A stretch of DNA of 64,000 bases, from contig MIAO01000011.1 in the NCBI GenBank assembly GCA_001829155.1, positions 2,723 to 66,722 on the forward strand. The letters are read 5' to 3'. The translations under genes and the position numbers were made by a program. Of this stretch, positions 16,748-26,400 are shown in pieces. Below the pieces are notes generated by a model, which was not told the origin of the DNA, did not search any database, and saw only the letters and a list, made by a program, of their open reading frames with translations. How positions within the stretch are numbered: the first letter of the stretch is position 1; each line of letters begins with the position of its first letter. Origin of the DNA: Spirochaetes bacterium GWB1_36_13. Its GTDB lineage: Bacteria; Spirochaetota; GWB1-36-13.

Positions 16748-19281
16748 GAAAGACAGTCCTTTTTTTCCTTTTCCTGCTCGCTCTGGCAGCCTGCCGGAAA
16801 TCATTTTCGCCCCCTGAGGAAAAAACTATTTTAAGGATTAACAAAGGAAAAGAAACTTTTTTGAATGAAATCAACGCTATGATACGGCCGAAAGGCATTT
16901 TGCCTGAAAGTTTGGGGATTTCTCAAGAAGGATTGATTCAGAAAAATTCCGCGGATTTTTATGAGTTTTTTGTCTTTGATAACCAAAAAGCTGTTTTTCT
17001 TCTTTCAGAAGACCCGCTCTGCTATCTTTCTATCGAAACCCCGTCTTTATTTTATCATCTTGAAAATGAGTATGAACAAATTTTAAGCGGTAAGTCTGGT
17101 ACTGAAAAATCAGTCAATACTTCTCATTTTTATATTGAGGCGGGCGGCTATGAAATCGGAGTTTTTTTTACTCCAAAAGAAGTTTATTACGCTTCTTCCA
17201 GTACAAATGTCAAACCAAGAATAATTTCAAGCTCAGTCAATACGCCTCCGCTCTGGAAACTTTTTGACGCCAGCAGCGAACTCTTTTTCTTCACTCCAGT
17301 TTTTCAGGAAGAACAACTTTTTGAAGATTTCAACAAAGATATTTTTGAGGATAAGGAAAAAAGATCCCTTTTTACCGTAAGTTCAACATTGAATCCGCCC
17401 ATCTATGAAAAAATCAGCTGGGCAATTTCTTTTACTTTTATCTACGGGAGAAAACCGGTTTTGACTTATGAACTTCTTCAGGATAAAAGTTTTTACAACC
17501 TTTCAGAGCGTTTTTTTACAGAAGATTATTTTGTTTTTATCACTCCTCCCTTAGGAAATGCCAAATCAACACAGAGAAACCTTTCTTTGAAAAACGGGCT
17601 GGTTCTCCTGATCCGGGGAGATGTTTCAAAAATTAAAGATTTTCTTTTGCAGCAAGGCGTTTCTTTTACCGGAGAACCTTCTTTTTTCCCTCTTCTTCTT
17701 TCTGATGCAGGAGACGGAAAGATTCAGGCAGACTGGCAAAAAGAAGCACTGATTTCTGTTTATCTGTGCCGTAAGCCCTACGGACAAAACCTCTGCCAAG
17801 CATCAGAAGACTATACGCTTATTTCTACTGTACAAGGTTCCGGCGCTTTAATGGATACCGCCTCGATGGGGGGAAAGGGCTATGAATATTTTGTGATGAT
17901 TCAAGAAAACGGGGTTGAAAAAAACCGGAAAAACATTATTCTCCCGATTGATCCTGATAAACTCGCCAATAAAATCATTTTATCTGAAGTCATGTGGGCA
18001 GGGAGTGTTTCTGATGAGGGTATTTCAGACACAGCGGACGACTGGATCGAGGCGAGAAATATTTCAGATAAATACCTGTCAACCCAAAATCTGAAGTTTA
18101 AACGGATCGGTTCAAGCTACTGGAGTATCACTGGGATTGACATGATTCTCCCTCCTCAGGGAAATCTGGTTGTGGCACGGAAAAATACAGGTATTTTTTC
18201 CCAGAGCCAGCCCCTTTATTTTGCCGTCAAATCAGCTCTCAGCCTCACCCAGGCAGACACTTACGATCTTGAAATCAGACTGGTGGACGAAACTCTTTTA
18301 GATACGGTCTTGGGCACAGCGATTATCCAAAACGGGTCATATTTAAATTCAAACTATTCCAAATCAATGGTTCGAATGGATGGTAATATATGGGGAACAT
18401 CAACGGCTGCTTCCACTCAAAACGGATACGAAGCAAAAACCTTTGCCTCGCCCGGAACAAAAAACGAGGGTGAAATCGGGGAAATTGAGGAAATCTATAC
18501 CCTTTCCCTTACCTATAATGGAGTTGATTCGATTCTTTTGGACTGGGAAAATGAAACATCAATGAGTATATGGGTTTGCAAATCTCCTTTGCAAAATTGT
18601 CAGGACGACGCTTCTTTTCAGGAAATCCAAACTTTAAACGGAAGTGATACTTCCATCAGTTTAAGCGGAATCGGAGGCAGGGGATACGAGTTTTTTATCC
18701 AGATCAAGAAAAACGGGATAAAAAAGGATCAAAAGTCGATTTTGATTGCCAAAGACCCTGATTTGACAGATAAAATCATCCTGACCGAAATCAACTGGGC
18801 TGGAAGTACTTCCAATGCAGGGGTTTCAACAGCCAGTGACGACTGGATCGAGATTCTAAACGATTCACAAAAGATTCTTTCCCTTGCCAATACAGCGATT
18901 GCCAGAGAGGGCACCAGCGCATGGACAATCAACGGGATTGTGAAAAATCTGATGCCGGGAGAAAAATACCTGATTGCGGCAATGCGTTCGGGCGTTCTTT
19001 CAGGGACAGCTGATGAGTCTATTTATGTTAAATCAAGTGTTTCTTTAACCCGTTCAACCGCCTACTCTCTGGCGCTAAAAGATTTGTCGGGAAATGTTTT
19101 AGACAGTGTTTCAGGAGACATTATTTATAATAACGGAGCCTATTCCAACAGCGCTTATTCAAAATCTTTGATAAAAACTTTGTCCGACACATGGACTACC
19201 AGCGTTATTAATGGAGAAAACCCGGATTACAACCAGAAGACATTCGGCACTCCCGGAAAAACCGGGGCAGGAGAAAAATAA
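16744..19281 (+). CDS. Large lipoprotein with an internally duplicated half, each containing a lamin-tail-domain (LTD)-like segment
   Basis: Lipobox LALAACRK. Duplicated blocks ISVYLCRKPYGQNLC...GKGYEYFVMIQENG...IILSEVMWAGS...DDWIE and MSIWVCKSPLQNCQ...GRGYEFFIQIKKNG...IILTEINWAGS...DDWIE. Overlaps the PLD gene (ATGA). Confidence 0.5.
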   Translation: MRKTVLFFLFLLALAACRKSFSPPEEKTILRINKGKETFLNEINAMIRPKGILPESLGISQEGLIQKNSADFYEFFVFDNQKAVFLLSEDPLCYLSIETPSLFYHLENEYEQILSGKSGTEKSVNTSHFYIEAGGYEIGVFFTPKEVYYASSSTNVKPRIISSSVNTPPLWKLFDASSELFFFTPVFQEEQLFEDFNKDIFEDKEKRSLFTVSSTLNPPIYEKISWAISFTFIYGRKPVLTYELLQDKSFYNLSERFFTEDYFVFITPPLGNAKSTQRNLSLKNGLVLLIRGDVSKIKDFLLQQGVSFTGEPSFFPLLLSDAGDGKIQADWQKEALISVYLCRKPYGQNLCQASEDYTLISTVQGSGALMDTASMGGKGYEYFVMIQENGVEKNRKNIILPIDPDKLANKIILSEVMWAGSVSDEGISDTADDWIEARNISDKYLSTQNLKFKRIGSSYWSITGIDMILPPQGNLVVARKNTGIFSQSQPLYFAVKSALSLTQADTYDLEIRLVDETLLDTVLGTAIIQNGSYLNSNYSKSMVRMDGNIWGTSTAASTQNGYEAKTFASPGTKNEGEIGEIEEIYTLSLTYNGVDSILLDWENETSMSIWVCKSPLQNCQDDASFQEIQTLNGSDTSISLSGIGGRGYEFFIQIKKNGIKKDQKSILIAKDPDLTDKIILTEINWAGSTSNAGVSTASDDWIEILNDSQKILSLANTAIAREGTSAWTINGIVKNLMPGEKYLIAAMRSGVLSGTADESIYVKSSVSLTRSTAYSLALKDLSGNVLDSVSGDIIYNNGAYSNSAYSKSLIKTLSDTWTTSVINGENPDYNQKTFGTPGKTGAGEK

Positions 19282-20681
19282 TGAAAAAATATTTAACAGT
19301 CATCCTTCTTTCTTATTTTCTTTTTGGTACACTCTATGGAGAATCTCAGGAAAAAAAAATTACTCAAAGCCTCAAAATTAAGTTTCAGACAGACGGCTGT
19401 TTTTTTGACAACGCCGATTTTAAATCCTATGATTATCAATTGTATCAAGATAATCAAGCCAATACACTTCTCAACACAGACGACAAAATCAGCTTTGTTT
19501 TGGGCGCACTTTCCCTCTCATACACAAGGGAAACTGAAAACTCTCTTTTTCAGACCGAGGTTTACCGGGAAGCTTTCTGGGGAGATGATAATTTTGAAAA
19601 CAAAAATGATGCCAATAATCCTCTGGCAGTCAAGCGGCTTTTTTTTCTCTACCGATTTTCAGATTCTTTTTCACTCTCCCTCGGGCGGCAGTTTTTCAGT
19701 CTTGGAAATTCATTCAGAGATTATTTTTTTGCGGATACGATTGACGGGGCTTTTTTCCGCTTTCAGATGGATGAAGATTTTAAATTAATTTTCATGAGCG
19801 ATCTTTTAGGAAACACTTCAAAACCCGATACCTATCTTTTCACGGCAGACAAGGATGACGAAACGATGGATGATTTTAACGGGGAAGTTTTAAATATCCG
19901 TACTGGAATGGTGATTGATTATAAAATCGTAAAAATCTTCGGGCTTTACCTCAAATACGGCGCGAGTCAAAAAGGCGGGGCGGACAGGGCTGAAAACGGT
20001 CAGAATTCAGTCAACCAGCCTGACCGGGATTTTCTTTTTCTGGGAGGTACAAGGGTTTTCCTTTCAGGAAAAAAAGAAGATGTTCTGGAAAATCTGGACT
20101 GGACTCTGGCTTATAGTCACGGCAAGGATTATCAGTTTACAGGAGATAAAACCTATTCAGGGTTTGGCTCAGCTTTAAACACATTGATTCATCTGGATGA
20201 AAAAGTCAGTATTTTTTTGACAGCGGGTTATTTTTCGCCCCATTTTGCAGGGATGAAAGCTTTTTCAATGGGAAATCTCCTCCTTTATGCCTATAAGGGC
20301 TACAGCGTTTCTGCCTATGCTTCCAACTACGGTTTTTCCGATGAAGCCAAGACAGATCCGGCAGGACGGATCGACCAGACGCTCTCAAAAACTTTTGCAG
20401 GAACAACGGCGGGCTTTACTCATCAAAACCTGAATCTGGAAATAAGCTCTTTGATTCTCTGGGGAGCGCTCAAAAAAACACGCCCCGATTATATGGGAGC
20501 GGCTTTTTCAGGAAAGCTCCAGGTTAAAATGGGAGAACTTGCTATTGCTTTGGAAGGCGAAATCTTTCTCCCCGGAAAGTTTTATCAGAAGAACGCGGGG
20601 CTTTCTGCCTACCTTCCCAAAGGAAACGATCCCTTTTACGGGGTCAAATTGAATTTTACCTACCAGTTTGATGTTTTTTAA
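19281..20681 (+). CDS. Putative outer-membrane beta-barrel protein (porin-like)
   Basis: Signal peptide. 466 aa rich in alternating aromatic/polar residues. The C-terminus is ..YQFDVF (terminal Phe). The start overlaps the previous stop. Confidence 0.45.
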   Translation: MKKYLTVILLSYFLFGTLYGESQEKKITQSLKIKFQTDGCFFDNADFKSYDYQLYQDNQANTLLNTDDKISFVLGALSLSYTRETENSLFQTEVYREAFWGDDNFENKNDANNPLAVKRLFFLYRFSDSFSLSLGRQFFSLGNSFRDYFFADTIDGAFFRFQMDEDFKLIFMSDLLGNTSKPDTYLFTADKDDETMDDFNGEVLNIRTGMVIDYKIVKIFGLYLKYGASQKGGADRAENGQNSVNQPDRDFLFLGGTRVFLSGKKEDVLENLDWTLAYSHGKDYQFTGDKTYSGFGSALNTLIHLDEKVSIFLTAGYFSPHFAGMKAFSMGNLLLYAYKGYSVSAYASNYGFSDEAKTDPAGRIDQTLSKTFAGTTAGFTHQNLNLEISSLILWGALKKTRPDYMGAAFSGKLQVKMGELAIALEGEIFLPGKFYQKNAGLSAYLPKGNDPFYGVKLNFTYQFDVF

Positions 20682-20805
20682 GTCTTGCAAGAGTTGAAAA
20701 AGGAATGAATATACGAAACTGAATAAAAAATGCAAAATTGTTATTCCAGTTTTTGCTAGTAAAAGACCGGAATCTATAGCTTAAAATACTTATTTTCAAT
20801 AGATT

Positions 20806-20849
20806 TCAGCCTTCGCGGGAATGACCGGAAGGGGTCTTTTTTTTTGTAA
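20806..20849 (+). terminator. Terminator-like hairpin plus T9 tract downstream of the OM operon
   Basis: CCTTCGCGG..CCGGAAGG imperfect stem, followed by GGTCTTTTTTTTT. Confidence 0.4.
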
Positions 20850-20874
20850 TTTAAAATCATTTCAGTATATAATC
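20845..20874 (+). promoter_or_regulatory. Sigma70-like promoter element (TTGTAA-N16-TATATA / TATAAT). It now points into the 3' end of the convergent HNH gene. It is probably the displaced ancestral gltB-side promoter.
   Basis: Hexamers seen directly. About 50 bp are near-identical to the speD promoter at 59012-59039 (shared taaaatcatttcagtata). Confidence 0.4.
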
Positions 20875-20967
20875 AAATTTTTTTGATTTTTCATAAAGCT
20901 TAGAAAAATATAAATTGAGTGTGATAAATATTGTTATTTAGGATTGACTCGGAATTATATTTTCATG
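20863..20967 (+). repeat. Left copy of a ~100-bp direct repeat flanking the Septu-like cassette
   Basis: tataatcaaatttttttgatttttcataaagcttagaaaaatataaattgagtgtgataaatattgttatttaggattgactcggaattatattttcatgat is ~92% identical to 23085-23190. Confidence 0.85.
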
Positions 20968-21117
20968 ATCTAAAAAATTTTGAAGCCTATAAACCGAAAG
21001 GTTTTAAATTTCTTCATGACCCTGAAATATTGAAGGATGAGTGAAATAATGGAATGAGAGGGGAATAAATTGGGTTTGTTTAAAAACTGTTTTTGATGCG
21101 TTTATCAGATATTGTCT

Positions 21118-21795
21118 TTATTTCTTGTAGTTTGAATGTTTTTTTAGTTTGAATAATTCAACGCCATAATAAGGACTAAGTTCGCCTGCAGTATTTCGCG
21201 AAGCACATTTATGAATTAATTTTTGTATTTGAGAAGGAGTTCTAAGTCCTTTATCAGAATTTAAAACTTGTTCGACAGCCAGGATTTTAGCTTTTCGATC
21301 TTTTTTCAGACGGTTAAAGTTAAGATTAAGAATTTCATTTAATTCTTTATCCCATGCCGGGTCTTTCGAAAAAATGGAGCCGTCATAATCATTATAGCCG
21401 ATATAATCAGAAACTGAAAAATTTGACGGATTATATTTAATATCAGAGTCTTTTTTGCGGGTATCACAATGCTGATTTTTTTCAGGAGCTCCTTTATTGC
21501 CTGAACAGCAAAGTAAAAGATTATCGTAATCCAATTGATTTTCTGGATAGTTTGATTGAGAAAAAAAATGTTCAATTTTTGATTTATTGATATCAATTCG
21601 GTTCATGCAATAAGCACAGAGAAAACCCTGTTCAGACGCCAGTTGTTTTCTAAGATTATCTTTATCTTTGAAAGACTCAAGAAGTTTACTTGTCTTAACC
21701 AGGTCTTCTTTAACTTGTTTCTTGTATTGAATTAAGCTCATAAGAGGCGGTAACTTTTTAAATTCAATCATTTTCTTTGTCCTCATAGAGAACAA
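21118..21795 (-). CDS. ptuB: HNH endonuclease, PtuB-like (Septu-type defence system nuclease)
   Basis: 225 aa. HNH/zinc-finger motif CAYC..(16)..EHFFSQS..DYDNLLLCCSGN..HCD. Overlaps the upstream ATPase gene by 32 nt. AT-rich. Confidence 0.65.
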   Translation of the reverse strand: MFSMRTKKMIEFKKLPPLMSLIQYKKQVKEDLVKTSKLLESFKDKDNLRKQLASEQGFLCAYCMNRIDINKSKIEHFFSQSNYPENQLDYDNLLLCCSGNKGAPEKNQHCDTRKKDSDIKYNPSNFSVSDYIGYNDYDGSIFSKDPAWDKELNEILNLNFNRLKKDRKAKILAVEQVLNSDKGLRTPSQIQKLIHKCASRNTAGELSPYYGVELFKLKKHSNYKK

Positions 21796-23032
21796 TCAGA
21801 GTCTCTGCTCTGAGGATTTCAGGGACGGGACCATAAGAAGATTTAAACTCTTTAATTTTTAATTTTGCATCACTGTAATTTTTATTCTCAATGGAAAAAA
21901 ATATTTCTTTTAATAATTTTTCCACTTCTTCATTAAGAGGAGAAGTCTGCATAATTTCTTCCAGTATATCATTTGAACTAAGACCTTTCGCCTGATAATT
22001 GTTATTGCAATATATTTCATCGTTTTCCTGAAAGAGTAAGTAAAGCGATTCTCCCATAATTTCTGTAATAATTTGAGGAGAATGGGTTGTTAAAATAAAT
22101 TGAAGATTAGGAAATGTTTTAGAAAGATTTCTAATAATTGTTTTTTGCCATTGAGGATGAAGGTGTAATTCGATTTCATCGATTAAAACAATTCCATTAC
22201 CCTGTAATGGCTCTTCTTTTTCTGGATTTGCTATGGCTAAACGCCGGGCTATATCTCCCGCCATGGCTAATAAACTTTTCTCGCCTACCGAAAGCTGGTC
22301 GATCTGATAGAATTTTTGATTTTTCTTAATCTGCATTTGGAGAGGATTTCTTTTCACTGTAATGTCATCAAATCCAGAAATAAGTTTTATCGCTTTTCTA
22401 ACAGATTTTAGTTGAATATCTTTCTGATAGGGTATTTTTTTTTCAACAGCATTTCGGAACAGCTCGTTTTCAATATCTTCTCTATTTCTGAACCATTCAA
22501 AAAAACTTCGGAATGTAATACCTGAGTTTAGGGCTTCGTCATAAGCATTTAATAAAGAAAATTCATGTTTTTTTCTAATTCTTAGAGGAATATCTTTTAC
22601 AGCCCGGTCAACATTATAATGTACAAACAAAGGCACATTAGCACTTTGAGGTTTATCCGTCATTGTTTTTCGATAAATATTCGCTAATTGACTGATTTGA
22701 GTAAGTTCTGATTTTTCTTCTGTTATAATCCCCGGTCTGTTTTTGACTAAAATACCAGAAAAATGTTGATCTGATTCCAAAGAAAAATCAGCCGTAATTT
22801 TGCAGAAGTGTTTATCGTTCTGTATATCAATAATTCCGATTGGTTTTCCTGTGCCGTTATTTTGTCTCATTCGCGCGATTATCCAAGATAAATGAACTGA
22901 AATCCCGTCTAAAATAGTACTTTTCCCAGAACCGTTGATTCCGCAGATGACATTTAAATTTTTATGAAAAGTAATGGATAAATTTTTGATTCCTCTGAAA
23001 TTATTTATGATCAATTTTTCTAATCGCATCAA
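21764..23032 (-). CDS. ptuA: AAA15/ABC-type (SMC-like) ATPase, PtuA-like (Septu-type defence system ATPase)
   Basis: 422 aa. Walker A GINGSGKST. Signature-like LSVGEKSLLAMAGDIARRL. Walker B IVLIDEIELHLHPQWQ. H-loop ILTTHSP. Confidence 0.65.
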   Translation of the reverse strand: MMRLEKLIINNFRGIKNLSITFHKNLNVICGINGSGKSTILDGISVHLSWIIARMRQNNGTGKPIGIIDIQNDKHFCKITADFSLESDQHFSGILVKNRPGIITEEKSELTQISQLANIYRKTMTDKPQSANVPLFVHYNVDRAVKDIPLRIRKKHEFSLLNAYDEALNSGITFRSFFEWFRNREDIENELFRNAVEKKIPYQKDIQLKSVRKAIKLISGFDDITVKRNPLQMQIKKNQKFYQIDQLSVGEKSLLAMAGDIARRLAIANPEKEEPLQGNGIVLIDEIELHLHPQWQKTIIRNLSKTFPNLQFILTTHSPQIITEIMGESLYLLFQENDEIYCNNNYQAKGLSSNDILEEIMQTSPLNEEVEKLLKEIFFSIENKNYSDAKLKIKEFKSSYGPVPEILRAETLIVLYEDKEND

Positions 23033-23084
23033 TTTTATCCTTGTTCTCTTTCACCATTTTTAATAGAATTAATACTCTGACTTT

Positions 23085-23190
23085 ATAATATAATCAAAGT
23101 TTTTTGATTTTTCAAAAGGCTTAGAAAAATATAAATTGAGTGTGAAAAATATTGTTATTAGGATTGACTCGGAATTATATTTTCGGGATT
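23085..23190 (+). repeat. Right copy of the ~100-bp direct repeat flanking the Septu-like cassette, immediately upstream of gltB
   Basis: ataatataatcaaagttttttgatttttcaaaaggcttagaaaaatataaattgagtgtgaaaaatattgttattaggattgactcggaattatattttcgggatt. Confidence 0.85.
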
Positions 23191-23448
23191 TATAAAATAA
23201 TTCAAAGATGTTCGTAAAAAATCTTGAAGTAAAAGAATTTTCAGTTATCCTGTTTATTTTCTCCAGAGTTGGTATTATATTTTATAACCCATAATAAATT
23301 TTGGAGAGAAGTTTTTGAAACTGATGAAACTCATCCATTCTTATTTTTGTTCTATTGCAATGCGGAATATCGTGAAAAACAATTATTTTGCTTGCTCCAA
23401 GTTCTAGTCAACAGCCAATTTTTATAAAATCTAAGGAGAAAAGAATCA

Positions 23449-26400
23449 ATGGCAGCGATGTATCCTTCGAATCAGGGTCTTTATGACAGTCAAAACGAAC
23501 ACGACTCTTGCGGTATCGGCTTTGTAGCCAATATCAAGGGGAAAAAGTCTTACAATATTATTGAGCGGGGGCTTGAAGTTCTGGAAAGAATGGAGCACCG
23601 CGGGGCGGAAAGCGCGGACAATAAAACGGGAGACGGAGCCGGAATCCTTTTTCAAATTCCACACAATTTTTATCAAGGTGAGCTAAAAGGGCTTCCTGAA
23701 TTCGGGAAATACGGGACAGGGCTGGTTTTTCTTCCAAAAGACGAAAAAAACAAAGAAAAAGTGAAAGCTGCTTTTGAAAAAGTGATCAAGGCGGAAGGGC
23801 TGGAAGTCTTCGCATTTAGAAAAATAGAGGTGGATTCTTCTGCTATTGGAGATATTGCGTTAAAATCAGAGCCTTCCATTGAACAGGTTTTTATTACCGG
23901 AAAAGACATAGATTCCAAAACTCTTGAAAGAAAACTCTACATTGTCCGAAAACTCTCTGAAAAGACTTTAAGAGAAAGCAAGATTGAAGATGCTTCCTAT
24001 TTTTATATGCCGAGCCTTTCTTCAAAAACTATTGTTTACAAAGGGATGCTGATGCCCGATCAGGTCAAGAAGTATTTCAAAGACCTTCAGAATCCGAAGA
24101 TGGAAAGTGCGATTGCGCTGGTACACTCACGGTTCAGCACCAATACTTTCCCAGCCTGGGAGCTGGCGCAGCCTTTTAGAATTGTGGCGCACAACGGGGA
24201 AATCAACACAGTGAAAGGAAACCGTTTCTGGATGCAGGCAAGGGAATCCATGCTTGAGTCCAAAGAGTTTGGAAAAGACATTGCGAAAATCCTTCCCGTC
24301 ATTGAGCCGGGAAAAAGCGATTCCGCATCTTTTGACAATGCGCTTGAAATGCTGGTAGCAGCCGGAAGGTCTCTCCCGCATGCGCTCATGATGATGATTC
24401 CTGAGTCCTGGAACGAGAAAAACCCGATTTCAAAAGATATTAAATCTTTTTACGAATACCACTCTACTTTTATGGAACCGTGGGACGGACCTGCTTCCAT
24501 GGTTTTCTGCGATGGAAGATTTGTGGGGGGGACACTGGATCGAAACGGGCTTCGTCCTTCCCGGTATGTGATCACCAAAAACGATATGATCGTGATGGGA
24601 TCGGAAGTAGGGGTACAGGAATTCGCACCTGAGGAGATTGCTTCGAAGGGAAGACTTTTACCCGGAAAACTCCTTTTAGTGGATACGCAAGAGGGGCGGA
24701 TTATCCCTGACAATGAAATCAAGTCAAAGATTGCCAATCAGAAACCTTATGGTGAATGGGTAGAAAAAAACAGGCTGAATCTTCCTGAAATTGCTGAAAG
24801 CAAAAACCAGCCTGCAAAAATCACAGGCGAAGAACTGAAAAAAATCGAAGTTCTTTTTAAATATTCCAGAGAAGACTTGGAAAGTATTATCAAACCGATG
24901 GCGGTAAACGGCGAGGAGCCAACCGGATCGATGGGGACTGATACTCCGATTGCGGCTTTCTCAGACAAGCCTGAGCTTCTTTTCAACTATTTCAAACAGA
25001 CTTTTGCACAGGTTACCAACCCTGCAATCGACCCGATCCGGGAAGAACTGGTTATGACTCTGACCAGCTACATCGGTTCGCAAAAAAACCTTCTGGACGA
25101 GACGCCCGAGCACTGCCAGATGATAAAATTCAAAACTCCTATTTTCACTGATAAAGAACTTCAGAAAATCAAGGATATGAACCACCAAAACTTCAAACCG
25201 GCTGTTTTTGATATTGTCTTTAAAGCATCAGAAGGCGAGAAAGGGCTTGAGAAAGCTTTAGACAAGCTCGCGGCTGAAATTGAGAAAAAAGTGGATCAGG
25301 GAACGAATATTATTATTCTTTCCGACCGGAAGGCTGGAAAAGATATGGCTCCGATTCCATCTCTTCTGGCATCTGCCGGGGTGCACCACCATCTGATCCG
25401 TGTGAAAAAAAGAACCCGAATCGGGCTTGTGATTGAAACGGCTGAAGCAAGGGAAGTGATGCATTTCGCCCTCCTTTTCGGATACGGCGCTGATGCGGTC
25501 AATCCTTACGGAGCTTTTGCAGTGATTGAAGAAATGGCGGCAAAAAATGAATTTGCCAAAGATATGACAGCCGATAAAGCGGTTGAAAATTTTATTAAAG
25601 CCAATAAAAAAGGCCTTTTAAAAGTCCTTTCCAAAATGGGGACTTCAACTTTGCGAAGCTACCGTGCGGCTCAAATTTTTGAAGCAATCGGGCTTGGAAA
25701 TGCGTTGATCGAAAAATACTTTACCGGAACCCAGTCCAGAATCGGCGGGGTCGGGATCAATGAAATCGCGGCTGAAACCCTTTTATCCCATAAAAAAGTT
25801 TTTATCGATACTCCAAAACTCCTTGAATCAGAAGGAATTTACCGTTTCAGAAAGAACGGTCATAAACATGCCTGGAATCCTGAAACCATTTATCTTCTCC
25901 AGTGGGCGACCCGAACCGGGGATTATCAGAAATACAAACAGTTTTCCAAAAAAGCCGATCAGGATACAATGAAACCTCATTTCATCCGCGGGCTTTTTGA
26001 TTTTAAAAAACAGAATGCGGTTCCTCTTTCTGAAGTTGAATCGGCTGAATCGATTTACAAACGGTTTACTACCGGGGCAATGTCTTTCGGTTCTCTCTCC
26101 AAAGAAGTCCACGAAGCGATGGCGATTGCTCTCAATGCGATCGGCGGGCGGAGCAACTCAGGAGAAGGAGGGGAAGACCCTGAAAGATTCAAACGAAGAT
26201 CAGACGGCACTCTTCCCCGAAGCGCTATCAAACAGGTGGCATCCGGCAGATTTGGTGTAACCAGCAACTACCTTGCCAATGCGGATGAAATTCAGATTAA
26301 AATTTCTCAGGGAGCAAAACCCGGAGAAGGGGGACAGCTTCCCGGGCATAAAGTCGATGAAATTATTGCGAGAACCCGTTATTCCACACCGGGCGTTACC

